Source: Tubiluchus corallicola (lineage: Eukaryota; Animalia; Priapulida). Taken from it: a stretch of DNA of 64,000 bases. The position numbers and the translations under genes were made by a program. The DNA is taken from assembly GCA_030141605.1 (NCBI GenBank), contig JAQGDQ010000016.1:436282-500281 (forward strand), in the 5' to 3' direction. Each line of letters opens with the position of its first letter. The first letter of the stretch is position 1. Below the pieces are notes generated by a model. It was not told where the DNA came from. It made no database searches and saw only the letters and a program-made list of their open reading frames with translations. This document shows positions 41,384 to 54,299 of this stretch, piece by piece.

Positions 41384-43345
41384 TATTCCAGGTGGAATGA
41401 TAATGTTAGGGGATCTACATAATGAAGCTCGTTTAGCTTTTTTGCAGTGGGTAAGCGCTGTACAGGTGTTGTTTTTGATGTAATGAGACGTACGAGACGC
41501 CGCTTTAAGTATGCTCTACGTTACTGTAAACGCAATAAAGAAAATATAATGGCAGAAGCCTTTGCCGATAACTTGACACAAGAAGATTACCTTTCATTTT
41601 GAAAGACAATTCGTAAAACTAACGCTAGGAAGGCTCCCATACCTGACGTCACGGGTAACGGTACTGGGTGTCAAAATATTGCCAGTAATTGGGAGGGGGG
41701 GTTAAGATATAAGCAGCTTCTTAATTCTGTAACTAATTTTAATAATGGTTGTAATAACGAAACTGAAAACTATTTTAATGAAATAATGTACAACATTGAT
41801 CATACATAACTATATCTGCCTCTGATATTAGTGATGCCCTGAAAACCATGAAAAGGGGTAAAAGTGCTGATGGGATTAACATGGAAGCTTTTATGTATTC
41901 ACATGGTATTTTACTTGATTTGCTTGCATCATGTTTTACCGCCATGCTTGGTCATGGCTATCTGCCTTCTAACTTTATGCACTGTGTTATTAATCCAGTA
42001 GTGAAAGTCTAGCTGATTGGAACAATTATAGGCCCATAGCGATTCAAACAAAAATGTAGTACTATTCACACAAACTATGCCTTAAAAGAAATCTGTTCTA
42101 GTTATTATTCTGATAGTGGCGGACCTGTCTACCTTTGTTTCTTAGATGCCTGCAAGGCAATTGACAGGGTAAATAGCAGTACACTTTTCAGCAAACTCAT
42201 GCATCGTGGAATGCCACCTTTGCTGTTACGTTTTCTAAACTGTTCAGGTGGCTTGGGGTAATAAACTGTCAGAAGTTTTTATTGTAACAAACGGCGTTAG
42301 GCAGGGTGCGTTTTGTCACTCTCCCTATTTAGTGTGTATGTAGACGACCTCAGTTCTAAGCTGACACATTTGGGTCTTGGCTGTGAGATTGATAATCTCA
42401 GTACAGATAGTTTTTTTATGCCAATGATATGGTACTCCTTGCAGCTTGTGCTGCTGCTTTGCAATCACATTGTGCTGCTGCTTTGTAATTACTAATTGAC
42501 TGCTGTGCAAGTTTTTGCTAATTCTCGTGATATCATATTCAGTGCAACTAAGACCAAAGGCATGCTTATAAATAGTAAATTCTGTATACCCTGCATTTGG
42601 CACGTATTTTGGCTTACTGATTCTCTTCTTAAATATTGTAATTCTTATGACTATTTAGGTTATATATTCACTAGTGATTTACATGACGCTGAGGCTATGA
42701 AAGGGCATTCTAAAGGTCTTTACGTAAGGGCAAATACTGTATTAATTAAGTTCTCTAAATGTTGTGTAAATGGGAAAATAATGATTTTCAAATCGGATGC
42801 TCAAATCGGAGTCAATTTTGCCCTATGGTGCAACCTTTTTCCAATACAACTGCGCTTTTTTAAAGGTGGTTCGCAATAATGCATTTCGTAGGCTCTTCAA
42901 CATTTTGTGAAGATGCAGCATAAGCGAAAAATTTGAAAATTTTAATATTGATAACTGTGATGCCATTACAGGAAAGGTAACAGGATTCTTTATATATGGG
43001 CTGGCAGAAATACCTAATAATATAATTGATAAATTGTATGTTTACTCTGCATATCACAATACAGTTATATGGACGAACTGGTACAAACTATGTTTTGCAT
43101 TATAAAATCAACATCTTTTACCATTTAAAGGTGACTTTTATTGGGTTTTATGCCTCTGTATATTGTATTTTTAGTGATCTGTCTTGTGTTTTTATGTTTT
43201 GTGTCTGGGTGTATATGTATATATGTAAATATTTTATTAGTTTCTATCGTAATTTTATAGTATAACTGAGTGTTTTTTAATTTTTTTAATCCTTATATAA
43301 TACTATGCACTTTAAATGTATGAAATAAATTTAAAATAATAAAAC
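41384..43345 (+). mobile_element. 5'-truncated, decayed non-LTR retrotransposon (tentatively RTE-X-like) with a recognisable RT domain
   Basis: Colinear motifs across frameshifts: PGWND, RRTRRRFKYALRYCK, KSADGINMEAF, MLGHGYLP, NYRPIAI, LDACKAIDRVN...LFSKLMHRGMP, TNGVRQG, LFSVYVDDLS, FYANDMVLL (42417-42428, degenerate YADD) and YDYLGYIF. A T-rich 3' UTR ends in GAAATAAA. Confidence 0.9.
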
Positions 43346-44359
43346 AAAAGATTTCTGGCTCAGTTTTTAATTTATTTCACTAAAAACTCCTCTTTCACAC
43401 TAAATAAGCTACCAGTTATCTTTAAAATATTTTTATTAATAAATACTTAGTAGTATTTTTTTACAGTTTCGGGCTTTATCGGTTTGCTAAAACTGTATTA
43501 CAAATATATTTTTTGTAATGGCAGTACAATTATAGATTTATAGAATTAATCATTATTAGAATTATAAATACTACGTAGAAATTCAGTTAGAGAGTAAATA
43601 GTAATACATCACTGCGAAACTTGTTTACTAAATGGAGCGAGAAAAGGGAGAGCCCTGCAATTTCAAATTCCATGTAGCAGCACGTCACAAGCCACGTATA
43701 CCTGCAATTATCTGCGTCTGTACATATTCGAGGAAGACATTTCTTGTGCGTGGGTGATTAACAGGACGCCGAATATATGCAATCAACCAGTAAATAAGAT
43801 TCGTGAACGAAGCCAGATGCATTGTGATGTCATGCTTAACTGATGTAGTTCTCTGCATTCGGTATCACGTACGTTTACATTCAGTTCTGGACACATCAAC
43901 GTCGTATTGCGTAGATTAGCAGGTGAGATGCTAAAATAACCTAAAAGACACACCAAAAGTGTTCCATACACAATAAATACTTGTATCATGGAAACTGCAC
44001 AAAACTGTGACCTGGCAAGGTAATGCAGTAAGCAAAAAAATTGTGTGCGAGCAGATTTATTCCGCCAGCAACTTAGTCATTAGTCAGCACAGGTTGGAGC
44101 TTACTTATAAAGAGAGTAACTCAAACCATCGCCAGTTGCAGAAAAAGGCTTTAGGAACCGGCAGAATACTTGGCTAACCTAGCTGCCCAACTAATATAAG
44201 ATTTCAGAAGCCAAACTGGACTAAAATTCTTCCTCTATGTATAACAAAATTGTTACTCCATGAGCACCTAATGTTACATAATTAAACAGGTATCTTGCTG
44301 TTAACAGAAAAACGTAATGAACAAATTGCCCTTAAAAACACTTTTACCAGTCTCTTTCT

Positions 44360-44440
44360 AAGGGCTGTCTTAACGCATGAGTACGCTAGGCAGTTGCTTA
44401 GGGGACCGACGAGCATAGGACACCTAAGGTAGTCTATGTA
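44360..44440 (+). mobile_element. Possible single end of a hAT-type MITE
   Basis: agggctgtcttaacgcatgagtacgctaggcagttgcttagggg resembles CAGGGCCGTC-type MITE left ends; no partner end was found. Confidence 0.25.
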
Positions 44441-47129
44441 TGTTGTGATCTGCATTCAGTAAACAAATACTATACTATAGTAAACTATAAATATTTGTTA
44501 TTGTATTACAAGTGGTGTACAGCATGTTTTTTAATGTTTAACGGCGAAACAGTTGGACTTCAAGTTCCGGGAGAACAGGCTTGATCTGTCCATATCTCAA
44601 TACTGGCAAAAACTGAACTCGTTACTTACAGCAGGGTTATACCTTCCAGATGTGCAAGCATGCAATCCGTTACTGGCCAGTTGACATTAGAAGAGAACAT
44701 AGGGAAATTTAAAGTATATTCTGAAAGAACTTTCCATACAAAGTTATATTAGTTAGCATTACGTTTACCTGTTTGAAAGAGTTATGAAATTAGAAAAGAA
44801 GTCTTAATAATTTAAAATATTCGCGTCACTTGGCAAAACGGCACTGCATTGCCATCCCAGTATGCATCACTGACTCACAAAAAACACATTATTGATCTTA
44901 CTGACAAAGTAATTTAAACATTTGCTTGATTAGAGAAGTGTGCGCTGCGGATGCTCTGATTATTTTCTTAGACTTAACGCAATGTTTACAAACTTGTTTG
45001 AAACGACTTTCGGTTAAAATAGCTGCGTCAAACGGTCGTCGCCGGATTTTAAATTTAAGTAAGTGATATAAAATTCCAGTACGAAATTATTAAAGGAAGA
45101 ACCAACCCTCGAACAACATTTATTGCGTTTTAATATACAATTAAAAATATCGAAATCATCACACAATATATGCGCATAGAATGCTTTGCTTAAAAATGTA
45201 AAAGAAATTTAAATATTTTTTATGTCCCGCCAAACGAAAGTCGCTGCCAGTATATTTTAAAAAAATGACATAAGCTGGTGACTGCTGGGCAGCGTGAATA
45301 CTGTGACGGCAAGCTGTGATGAAGCACGTGTTGAGAAATTTCTACAGTTCACTCAGAAGTTCAGTTATTCTAGCGTTGCATTTAACTGTGTTTATGTAAG
45401 AATTAGTCATTTGATCAGTTATGACCAAGATTAAAGTGATTACGTAGCTTTAACCCGCAGGATTATACCATAGAATGTGTAAGTAGTATACATTAATTGC
45501 GTAAATGTAATTCATTTACAGACTTTTGTTGACTTTCAGATACACATGTAAACTTGCGAGCATACAGTAGACACCGGATGGGTTGCTTAGTTTATAGAGT
45601 TCGCTCTATAAGTCAAAAAAGATAGTTGAAGCACTTGGCAGAATAACTGTTTATATCGCACGGTAACCAGATGAAGCCATTTTTCACCAAAATGAGCGCG
45701 CCCAAGCGTGAAGTGATCGCGATTTTAAATTGAAATGATTAATTATCACAATTTCATTGCTGAAACTTTCTAACATTTCTCTCAAATATTAGAATATTCT
45801 CAATTTTCCGAGAGACTTGGCTTTTGCTTTAAGCTTTGTTTAGACTGTTTTCTTATGCTTTAAAGGTCGGAATGAAAACGGTCATTCGAAAAGCGCTATT
45901 CTGAATTAATATATTGAATAGCTTTGTAATTACCAAGTTATGTGGTGGTATGCTGACATTTGTGCGACGCCAGGATTAAGTATGTCTATAGAGGTTAAGC
46001 CCTGGATTGGCAAAACTCAGGTCAGTGACAGAAGGATTTAACCTTTTAATGATTAGTCGCGACTGATAGTATACAACACATACGTTATAAGCCCATTAAT
46101 ATGCAATATGTGCAAGAATGACCATAAAGTCGCAAATGGAAAAGAAACAAAATTTCATCATTAATTTCAGTGTTTATTTATAAAATATTTTTATTTCGTG
46201 GTATGGCATTTAGCTGCAAAACTGCATACTTCTTGATCTCATGCTCTGTCCAATTCATATTCTGGGCAATCTACTAGTTCACTGCATACCTCAAACGTGA
46301 CTGTTCACGAGAACTTTATAAGTAAAGATTCTAGAATTTATAGCAGTAGTAAAATGTAAATTGTTTTTTTTTTATTTTAAGCAGCACATGATTAAAACAT
46401 GGTCTCAAAAACCGGTTTTCCATACAAGTACAATAAAAGGAAAATAGTAGTCCATTAGTTTTTTCCGTTTAGCTACATAGTTGGGTTCAGTTTGGTTTCA
46501 CTTCGCCCGATAACTCAATTTGGTTTTGCTCAACTGAACCTAAACTTGACTTTGTCTGAAACGTTTTTCCAAATGAAACATTTAACATATTTTTAGTCAA
46601 TGTTAGACTTATATTCTAGCCTTTTGCTGTAATATTATTTATTAAAGCCAATTGTGAAGTAAAGAACGTAATCTGTAGTAGGCAGCTAGCTTAATTATAT
46701 GTCAAATAATCTAAAACCAGGCGAATCACTGTTGTCACCGTGTCATTAACATTGTAATTACCTAAATGCATATGAGCGTTAAATAGTAAACCGGGAAGTA
46801 GCTCCTTTCGGGGGGAAAAACCTGTTAGATTCGTAAAATGCTAGTAACAGGTTTTAAGTCCGTTACATGATGCCGAGAATGAGCACATGTCCGATTTTAG
46901 GTTCGCGACAGACTCAGTTTAGCTCAGCTCGATTCTGTTAGGTTCGGGTAGGTCCATTTTACTCCGCTCGGCTTACTTTGTTCACAGAATATGTAATTAG
47001 TCTGAAATCCTTAGATTAATTAATATTAAAGGCCAATGTGGTTTGGTTTTGCTCAACTCACCTCATCTCGGTTCAGTTCAGTTTAGACAGTTTAGGTCAG
47101 CTCGGCACAGTTGAGTGTATCTCAGTGAA

Positions 47130-47478
47130 CCCAGCTCAGCTGGGCTCGGCTCGGCTCAGCTCAGGTTTGTTCAGCTCAGCTCGGCTCGCCTCAGCTCAGG
47201 TTTGTTCAGCTCGGCTCGGCACAGCTCAGGTTTGTTCAGGTCAGCTCGGCTCGCCTCAGCTCAGGTTTGTTCAGCTCGGCTCGGCACAGCTCAGGTTTGT
47301 TCAGCTCAGCTCGGCTCGCCTCAGCTCAGGTTTGTTCAGCTCGGCTCGGCACAGCTCAGGTTTGTTCAGGTCAGCTCGGCTCGCCTCAGCTCAGGTTTGT
47401 TCAGCTCGGCTCGCCTCAGCTCAGGTTTGTTCAGCTCGGCTCGGCACAGTTCAGGTTTGTTCAGGTCAGGTCGGCTTC
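47130..47478. repeat. GC-rich minisatellite built from GCTCA/GCTCG pentamers
   Basis: The anchor AGGTTTGTT occurs at 47163, 47198, 47228, 47263, 47293, 47328, 47358, 47393, 47423 and 47453 (spacing 35,30,35,30,35,30,35,30,30). Confidence 0.95.
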
Positions 47479-48258
47479 ACAATTATGTTTGTTTACGTCG
47501 GTATAATTCATCTTAGTAGCTATCACCTGAGTTGAATTTAGACAATTTCGGTTTGTTTCTTACTCAAAAAAATATCATAAGCACAAAATGCGAATAATAA
47601 CCACAGTTAAAGTGCACTTACAAACGAGACAAAAATAATGTAATGCCTGCGAATAATTTGCTTTGAACATTTTCTTTTCATTGTGAAGCGTTTGCTTCTA
47701 TTGATCTCTGGAGACTTGAACGCACGTTCTCTAGTTTGCGAGTAAATAATTCACATTTACGCAACTACTTAAGAACGTACGTAAATTTTAACATTATATT
47801 ATTGCCTAAATGTCAAAAGCAATGCTTTTTTACAGGAGTTTCATTACTTACATAGTAGTATTAATTTATTGTTACAAGGAGATTACATCGTTAAAGAGGA
47901 TCACATTGTTAAGCATTCTGGCCGTAGATACCGTTCACTCAGTGCTAAAACCACAAGGACTTTAAATTCTTTCTATACTATTGCAGTTCGCACTATCAAC
48001 AGTAATTTTCAGTAAATTCGCAACATTCTCTTGATCACTGTATATAGCTTACTAGCACTTATGCAACGACTGATTGAATTTATTTGCGCTAATTTTCTTT
48101 TGACGTTGTACGTAAAACCGCACAAATTTCATGATTATAATATAATGACAATAAAGTGTTTATTTACTTACCTACGATAATTCATAAAAATTACTTTAAT
48201 AGGTGTTGCTACTGCGCTACTAATAACCAGGCCGACTAAACTGTACCCACGGGGACAG

Positions 48259-49891
48259 TGTGACGCCATGTCTATAGGTTACGTACTCTGAGTCTCAATG
48301 TCTTGAAAAGCAGGCACGACCGCCCTATAAACGAGGTGTAACACGTGGTTCTGGGGTTCTATAGTGTTAGATAATTTACTATTAGAATCCTGGAGTCGGG
48401 CTAAGGCATTGTTGTTTCATACGGGGGCACGCGGAACCCGAGCCTAGGAGTCTTAATGAGCCAGTAATATTCGATGGTAGATAGAATACCAAATCAACTA
48501 TTAAGCTGTATATAACAAAATTTAATTGATTACTACTTTAACCCGGAGAAAAGAAATAGTTAACAATAACAATTAATCATAGTACAGCAAATATATTCTC
48601 TAGTCTAATAATAGAGAAGGGAGGTGTTAGTGGGGGTAGCACGTGCAAATGATGACGCACTCTCGATGACGGCAATCCAACGATGACCATATAGAAACGG
48701 AATTATGCTAGCTAGCAAACGCTGAGCAAAAGTACAAAAGTCTTGTCTTACCAGACACTCCATGAACATTGTGTGAAACTGCAGCTGCTAACCTGTGGGG
48801 TAACATCCATGGATTTACCAACTATGGTTTGCTCCACCAACAATAGACTGTCCACCATGAACTTTAGCGCAGGTTTTCACGACTCCTCGGATAATGACGG
48901 TAACGGTAGCCACCTCATCAAACCAAAACAACGTACTCAACATAGACCCGTTAGCACTGTAAGCAATGGCTGTTGACAAAAGAAATAGTGACGTCTACTG
49001 CACTATAACATCGACGATGCTAATCGACATTTTTGACTGTCTTTTCACAGACATGTGAAAATCAGACGATGGTCATTTTACGTGACCTAGGCCTTTCAAC
49101 AACGGCCGACTGACTGCCTGGTTGCACGTCTCAGACTATAGCTGTAACGTATGTATCATGTACACTTCATACCTGTACGGGTTTCACACCTTTGAAATAA
49201 GCCGCGAGTATTGCAGGTATTGCAGAACACAACCACATGACGAGGGGGTGTTAGTAGGACTCCTACACTACTACACTAATTACGCTAACAATACAGTATT
49301 ACTATAGTGACTACTATAATGTAATTAAATTACACTAGCAAGTGCTACAACCATCACTATAAAGAACTTGACTGTGAAATGAAAAGGTGACAAACAAGTA
49401 AACAATTTCTGTACAACATTATAATCACTATACTACAGGCTGATTTACTAATCTTTTCTGGGTCAAATTATTATTGCCAGCCAGTGAATAAAACTATCTA
49501 TGTCTGCTGGCCGTAAGGCTATGTGCAAAACAAGTTCTATTAGCACTACCCTGGCTTCTCTACACGTATGTAAAGCTAGCACAAATTTTAAGCAAAACGA
49601 AACTGTACTAAATGCAACGTGAAAAATACCAAGTTCATGTTTGCATCGGAATATAATTTCCGCAATAGGTTCAAGAAAACTACTTGTTCAAAATGCCTCT
49701 CCCTAATTTAAAGGCTTATACAAGGCACAGAGTAAAAAGCAGTTATATAAGACCATAAGCTGCCACCACTTGTGACGCCATGTCTATAGGTTACGTACTC
49801 TGAGTCTCAATGTCTTGAAAAGCAGGCACGACCGCCCTATAAACGAGGTGTAACACGTGGTTCTGGGGTTCTATAGTGTTAGATAGTGACA
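48259..49891 (-). mobile_element. Non-autonomous, non-coding LTR retroelement (TRIM/LARD-like)
   Basis: TG...CA ends with a 5-bp TSD GACAG (48254-48258, 49892-49896). Identical 115-bp direct repeats at 48259-48373 and 49771-49885. A primer-binding site lies 2 nt inside the right repeat, and no gag/pol ORF is visible. Confidence 0.85.
49759..49768 (-). promoter_or_regulatory. Primer-binding site complementary to the tRNA-Leu 3' end
   Basis: Minus strand reads LTR...CA-AG-TGGTGGCAGC, complementary to the ...GCTGCCACCA end of metazoan tRNA-Leu(AAG/TAG); 10-nt match. Confidence 0.75.
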
Positions 49892-49929
49892 GACAGTCAT
49901 TTGACCGTTGACGTATCGGGCAGGCCATT

Positions 49930-50125
49930 CTGATTATTTCATTCCGACCTTTTTTGTAAATCAAGATTTTTTACAAGATGGAATGAGCTATTGCGAATTC
50001 AAGTGACTCTTTTACTGCTCTGTACATAGTTTTTAGTCAAGTCCATTTTTACTTCTTAATTTTGTATATTCTTGTTTATAATTGCAAATGCTTTTATGGA
50101 CATTTTAGTCTGAAATAAAGTTTTA
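49930..50125 (+). mobile_element. LINE 3' end fragment
   Basis: T-rich UTR ending TATGGAC-atttta-GTCTGAAATAAA, directly followed by a microsatellite tail. Confidence 0.5.
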
Positions 50126-50127
50126 TT

Positions 50128-50270
50128 TACTCACTCAAACACTCACTCACTCACTCACTCACTCACTCACTCACTCACTCACTCACTCACTCACTCACTC
50201 ACTCACTCACTCACTCACTCACTCATTTACTTATTTACTTACTTGCTTGCTTACTTACTTGCTTGCTTAA
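50128..50270. repeat. (ACTC)n grading into (ACTT/GCTT)n microsatellite
   Basis: Visible tetranucleotide runs. Confidence 0.95.
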
Positions 50271-51531
50271 GTTACTTTTGCTTTCCTGAAAGTGCGTAAT
50301 TTCTACATGCATATTTATGTCTCTACACAATGGTTTATGCACAATTTCGGATTTACTTTAGTTTTAAATATAACAAAACTTGAAAATGTCTTAAGCTTAA
50401 ACTAACGATGAGGCAGACAGTGGCGATGGTAATGAGAAACATTTTCATCTTTATAACTGATTATTTTACCGATAGATTTTGCAAACGAAACAAGTCTGTC
50501 TACTGATATTTCACACGCATGCTTAAGGGAAACATATTATAATGGCATTGGAAATTTACACAATACCTTTGGTTCACTCGACACTGTCCAAACATCAAAA
50601 ATTTTTGCTCTTTAGAATTCAGTCTCTCTCTTTAGCGCCCTTTTGTTTACACTACGCCCTGTCACACATAGAAGTCATATTTGCCTAATTCGGATTCTTC
50701 GTTTGATTTTAGGTCGCCAATAATGTCACTTCCTACTTTATTTGACAGTCGTAATTAATTCCTTAATTGAGTGACCCAAATTCAGTAGTGCAGGTTTGTC
50801 CATTGAAGACCGCGGCATAACTGTACCTGGTAATTTCAGTTCTCTGGAAATTATGTGTCAGAGCTTTTAGCAGCTTGAACAAGCAGAAATTACGTCTGAC
50901 TAGAATCACTCGGGGTAAATAAGTGAGCAGAACTAGATAAAAGAAGCATATCACTGCTAATGGATTTTAGTGCTAGAATTGTGTCAATAAAGTGATGAAA
51001 AAATTTAATACTAGTATTTCTGATATAAGATTTGTCAAAGGTCATCTATTACAATTCTAGGTCGCTCGCAGACAAAAATTCTTAAATCCATTATCTTGTC
51101 TGGGGGTATTCCGGCCAGAAGGGTCTGGTATTTCAATGATTATGCTTTTTCTGAAAAGTACTAATACTGTAGTAACCAATATACTGCTTGTCATAGAGCA
51201 CTCGAGTCCAATGTAGTTTGTTTTTAAAATTATGTTTCTTAATGCAAAAATAATAATTACCCACGTGCACCATTTCTAAAATAATGATCTGATGAACTTA
51301 GTTATGAAGGTAAGTTCAGGTAACGCTGGTAGCTTCTTCAAAGGGGGTTTTTGAAAATGATGTCGAGCACTTTACATTGTCAAAATTCCGTCATATGAGC
51401 TTAACTTAAATCTGATTACGCTTGTGGGATACATATTACAAATTTGTGGAAGTCGAGGAATGAAAAGTTCATTGAAGGTGCCTTTCATTAGCGACTATCG
51501 AAGTCTGCAAATGATTTGACCCTTAAACACT

Positions 51532-51597
51532 GACAATGTCATTTTATAATTGATCATTATCATAGACAATGTCATTTTATAATTGATCATTGTCATA
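51532..51597. repeat. 33-bp tandem duplication
   Basis: gacaatgtcattttataattgatcatt(a/g)tcata occurs twice (51532, 51565). Confidence 0.92.
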
Positions 51598-52593
51598 ACC
51601 AAGCAAACATTTTTACAGTTCATAGGGTTTATGCATTTTAGGAAAATTACGTGATTTTGTATTCATAAAATATATGTGTGCCTAGGAAATCACTTATTTC
51701 CGGAAGATAGTTAAATATTGTTTTGTATAAAGCGTTTTGTAAGAACGTATGGTTTTAAGTTTGGTACAACTAAATTTGGCCCTGATAATTTCGATACGAT
51801 AAAATTCTAGTACCGAATTTTTGGTTCAGGGAAATTTTGGCATTAGAAAAATTTTGTACAGGGAAAATATAGTACTAGTAAATACAGTCCTGTCGAAGTT
51901 TTGTCAAGCATTTTTGGTAAAAATAAATGTGGTACAAGATAAAAATGACACAGAACAGGTTTGGTGATAAAAAGTTTAGTATTGGAAAAATTGGGCACTA
52001 GGAAAATTTGACACAGAAGCGGTTTGGTACAAGGGAAGTTTGGTGCTATAGAAATATTGTTAATATAAAATGTATCCGAAAAAGTTACAGAGGTATTGTT
52101 GTTTTTATTGGTTTGTTAATGAGTTTGTTTGTTTGTCTGTTGTTTTTGTAATTTCTCATAGTTGTTGTTGTGATCATCGTCATCGATATCACTGCTGTCG
52201 TCATTGTTACATTTGTTCTTTCGTTGCTGTTGTTGTTGCAGTTATTTTGTAATGAGATAAAGAAATGCGTTCTTTTCTGTTTAGTACCAAATTCTTCAGC
52301 ATAAAACTTTACTAGACAAAATTTTTCCAGTACCATATTTTCTAAGTACCAAAACTTCGTTGTGCAAAGTTACTGGTAGTACCAACCTTATAGTACCATT
52401 TCTGGTACTCTATTTTCCGTCTACCAATACCTGCTCTACTACAAATTTTCCTAGTATACAAAAAATTCTTACACCTAACGATCATAGTACCAAGTTTACA
52501 TGAACAAAAATTTCCATGTACTTAAAAAATCCTAGTACCGAAAGATCATAATACCAAATTTACGTGTACCAAAAATTTCCATGTACTAAAAAT

Positions 52594-53680
52594 CAATGTA
52601 AGTAAAAATTGCACAGGTAAAAGTGGCACAAGAAAAATGGTAGGGCAAAAATGGCTCAGGAAAAAATGGCACAAATGGAAAAGTAGGTAAAAATGGCACA
52701 GGAAAAAATGGCATAAATAGAAGGTAGATAAAAATGACACAGGAAAAAATAGTACACTTAGTAAAATATGTGCTTAGGTTTCAGTGGAGGATAATTATTT
52801 TAGTTATTTTTACCTCTGCAAAGGAAGTTAAGCTCCAACACAGTTTGTTTGTTTGGCTGTTGTTTTTCGTCTGTTATGACAGTAAGCCTGTTACGCAAAA
52901 ACTGCCTAACTGGTTTCTAAGAAACTTTGTGAAGAACGGCGGGTATAGCGTGCCAAAATTAGAACCTTTTCGCCGGTTTCTTTTTCGCAAAACTTGACCG
53001 ACAACCACTTACAAAAAAACATTCGTGAAGCACTTCATGGAGGTCTCAGAGGAGTGTTTGCTACTTCTTTTTGTTGTCTCCACCTGGACAAACAACCGCG
53101 AGTTAGTTCCAGTGCCATTTCGAAACATTCTGGCTTGTAAAACTGTGTAACGTTGTCTGTAACTTTTGCTTATTAATATGTATAGCCTTATAAGGTGACT
53201 GGGTATGTAAATACGTATATATTTGTCAGTCAATTATCATCGCCAAAATTAATGGTTAAAAAGGTAGATAAACACTATGTGGAACATTCATGCATTGTTG
53301 ATTGTAAAACTGTATAATGAACAAATATTTTGTGAGTTTTTTGCTAGTCTATATAATACTAATACAGTTACATTTTTGTACGTTTGCTTGTCTATCTGTG
53401 CGTTAATTTTGATCTACTTCCTACTGAGCGCATTCTAGTTTTATTATAGAAATCATCAATTGCATCAAAGTAACATATGTGCCATGTTTACCTACTTTTT
53501 CATGTGCGCCGTTTTCTCCTGTGCCATTTTTACCTGTGCCATTTGTACCTACTTTTCCTTTTACCATCTTTCCTGTGCTATTTTAGATACGTCTTTTTCA
53601 CTTGTGCCATTTTTCCTGTGCCATTTTACCGTGCCATTTTTTCTATGCCACTTTTGCCTGCAGCATTTTTACCTCACACC
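52594..53680. mobile_element. Nested MULE-like foldback/MITE
   Basis: Left arm of AAAAATGGCACAGG units (52594-52765) and inverted right arm of CCTGTGCCATTTTT units (53478-53680). Flanks ACTAAAAAT (52585-52593) and ACTAAGAAT (53681-53689) form a 9-bp TSD with one mismatch, the length typical of Mutator-like elements. Confidence 0.72.
52800..52935 (+). mobile_element. Possible Helentron-associated (HINE/DINE-like) element 5' fragment
   Basis: ttatttttacctctgcaaaggaagtta, then a short (gttt)n run, then ttacgcaaaaactgcctaactggtttctaagaaacttt. This follows the usual HINE layout of T-run, subterminal motif, microsatellite and core. Confidence 0.4.
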
Positions 53681-54299
53681 ACTAAGAATAACTTGTACCC
53701 GTTACTTGTTGCAAACTTTTCTCGTACCAAATTTACCCGTACCAAACTTGCTGGTACCAAAATTACTAGTAGCACCAAACTTCAATACATTATAGGTGAA
53801 GATATTCAAACATAACTCGTATCTTTTAAAGTCCAATTGTTGCTAAAATATGAGCTTATTAATGTTACTTTTTCCCATTACCACCTCTGGCCACCACAAA
53901 CAGTAACAACAGGAGCTGCAGTGTCAACAGCGTCAGCAACGACGGCATAGCGGCGACAGCAGTAGCCGCAGTAATCGTCAATGGATATCGTGTAACAATT
54001 GGTTGCGACAAAATCAGTGCATAATGCTTTCACATCCAGCATTCATGACACTACTATTTATACATCACATTTCTATTTAGAGCTTAGACTAGTCTGAGAT
54101 CGCACGGCACGCCGGAACTAGAGAACAGTGATGAAGATTACTTTTAAGCAAGTTTAACAAAAAGATCGCAACAAAGAATCATATTCTGATTCCGCCTTCT
54201 CGAGACGTGTCAATGAAGGTAGCCATCACACGATTTTGTAAAATAGGCATTATGGCAAACGTCAAATTATTTATAAAATCTGCTTTACCAAATGGGAAA

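Larger units (their letters stand above)
51750..53785. mobile_element. Outer foldback-like element with arms of about 15-bp TTTGGTAC / GTACCAAA units
   Basis: Left arm 51750-52060 carries tttggtac units. The right arm carries the complement gtaccaaa at 52280-52593 and resumes at 53690-53785 after a nested insertion. Exact termini are unresolved. Confidence 0.6.

Noticed and set aside
47130-47478. Regularly spaced 30-35-bp repeats that could look like a CRISPR array, and overlapping ORFs 47038..47535
   Set aside because: The intervening sequences are themselves repeats rather than unique spacers, there are no cas genes, and the context is eukaryotic. The ORFs are stop-free only because of the repeat.
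51285-51322. CTGATGA followed by a hairpin as a hammerhead ribozyme
   Set aside because: There is no GAAA core after the stem. The CTGANGA hits near 7790, 17288, 17825 and 41349 also lack the required stems or core.
53460-53815. Cys/Phe-rich ORFs of about 110 aa
   Set aside because: They are translations of the repetitive arm of the nested foldback element.
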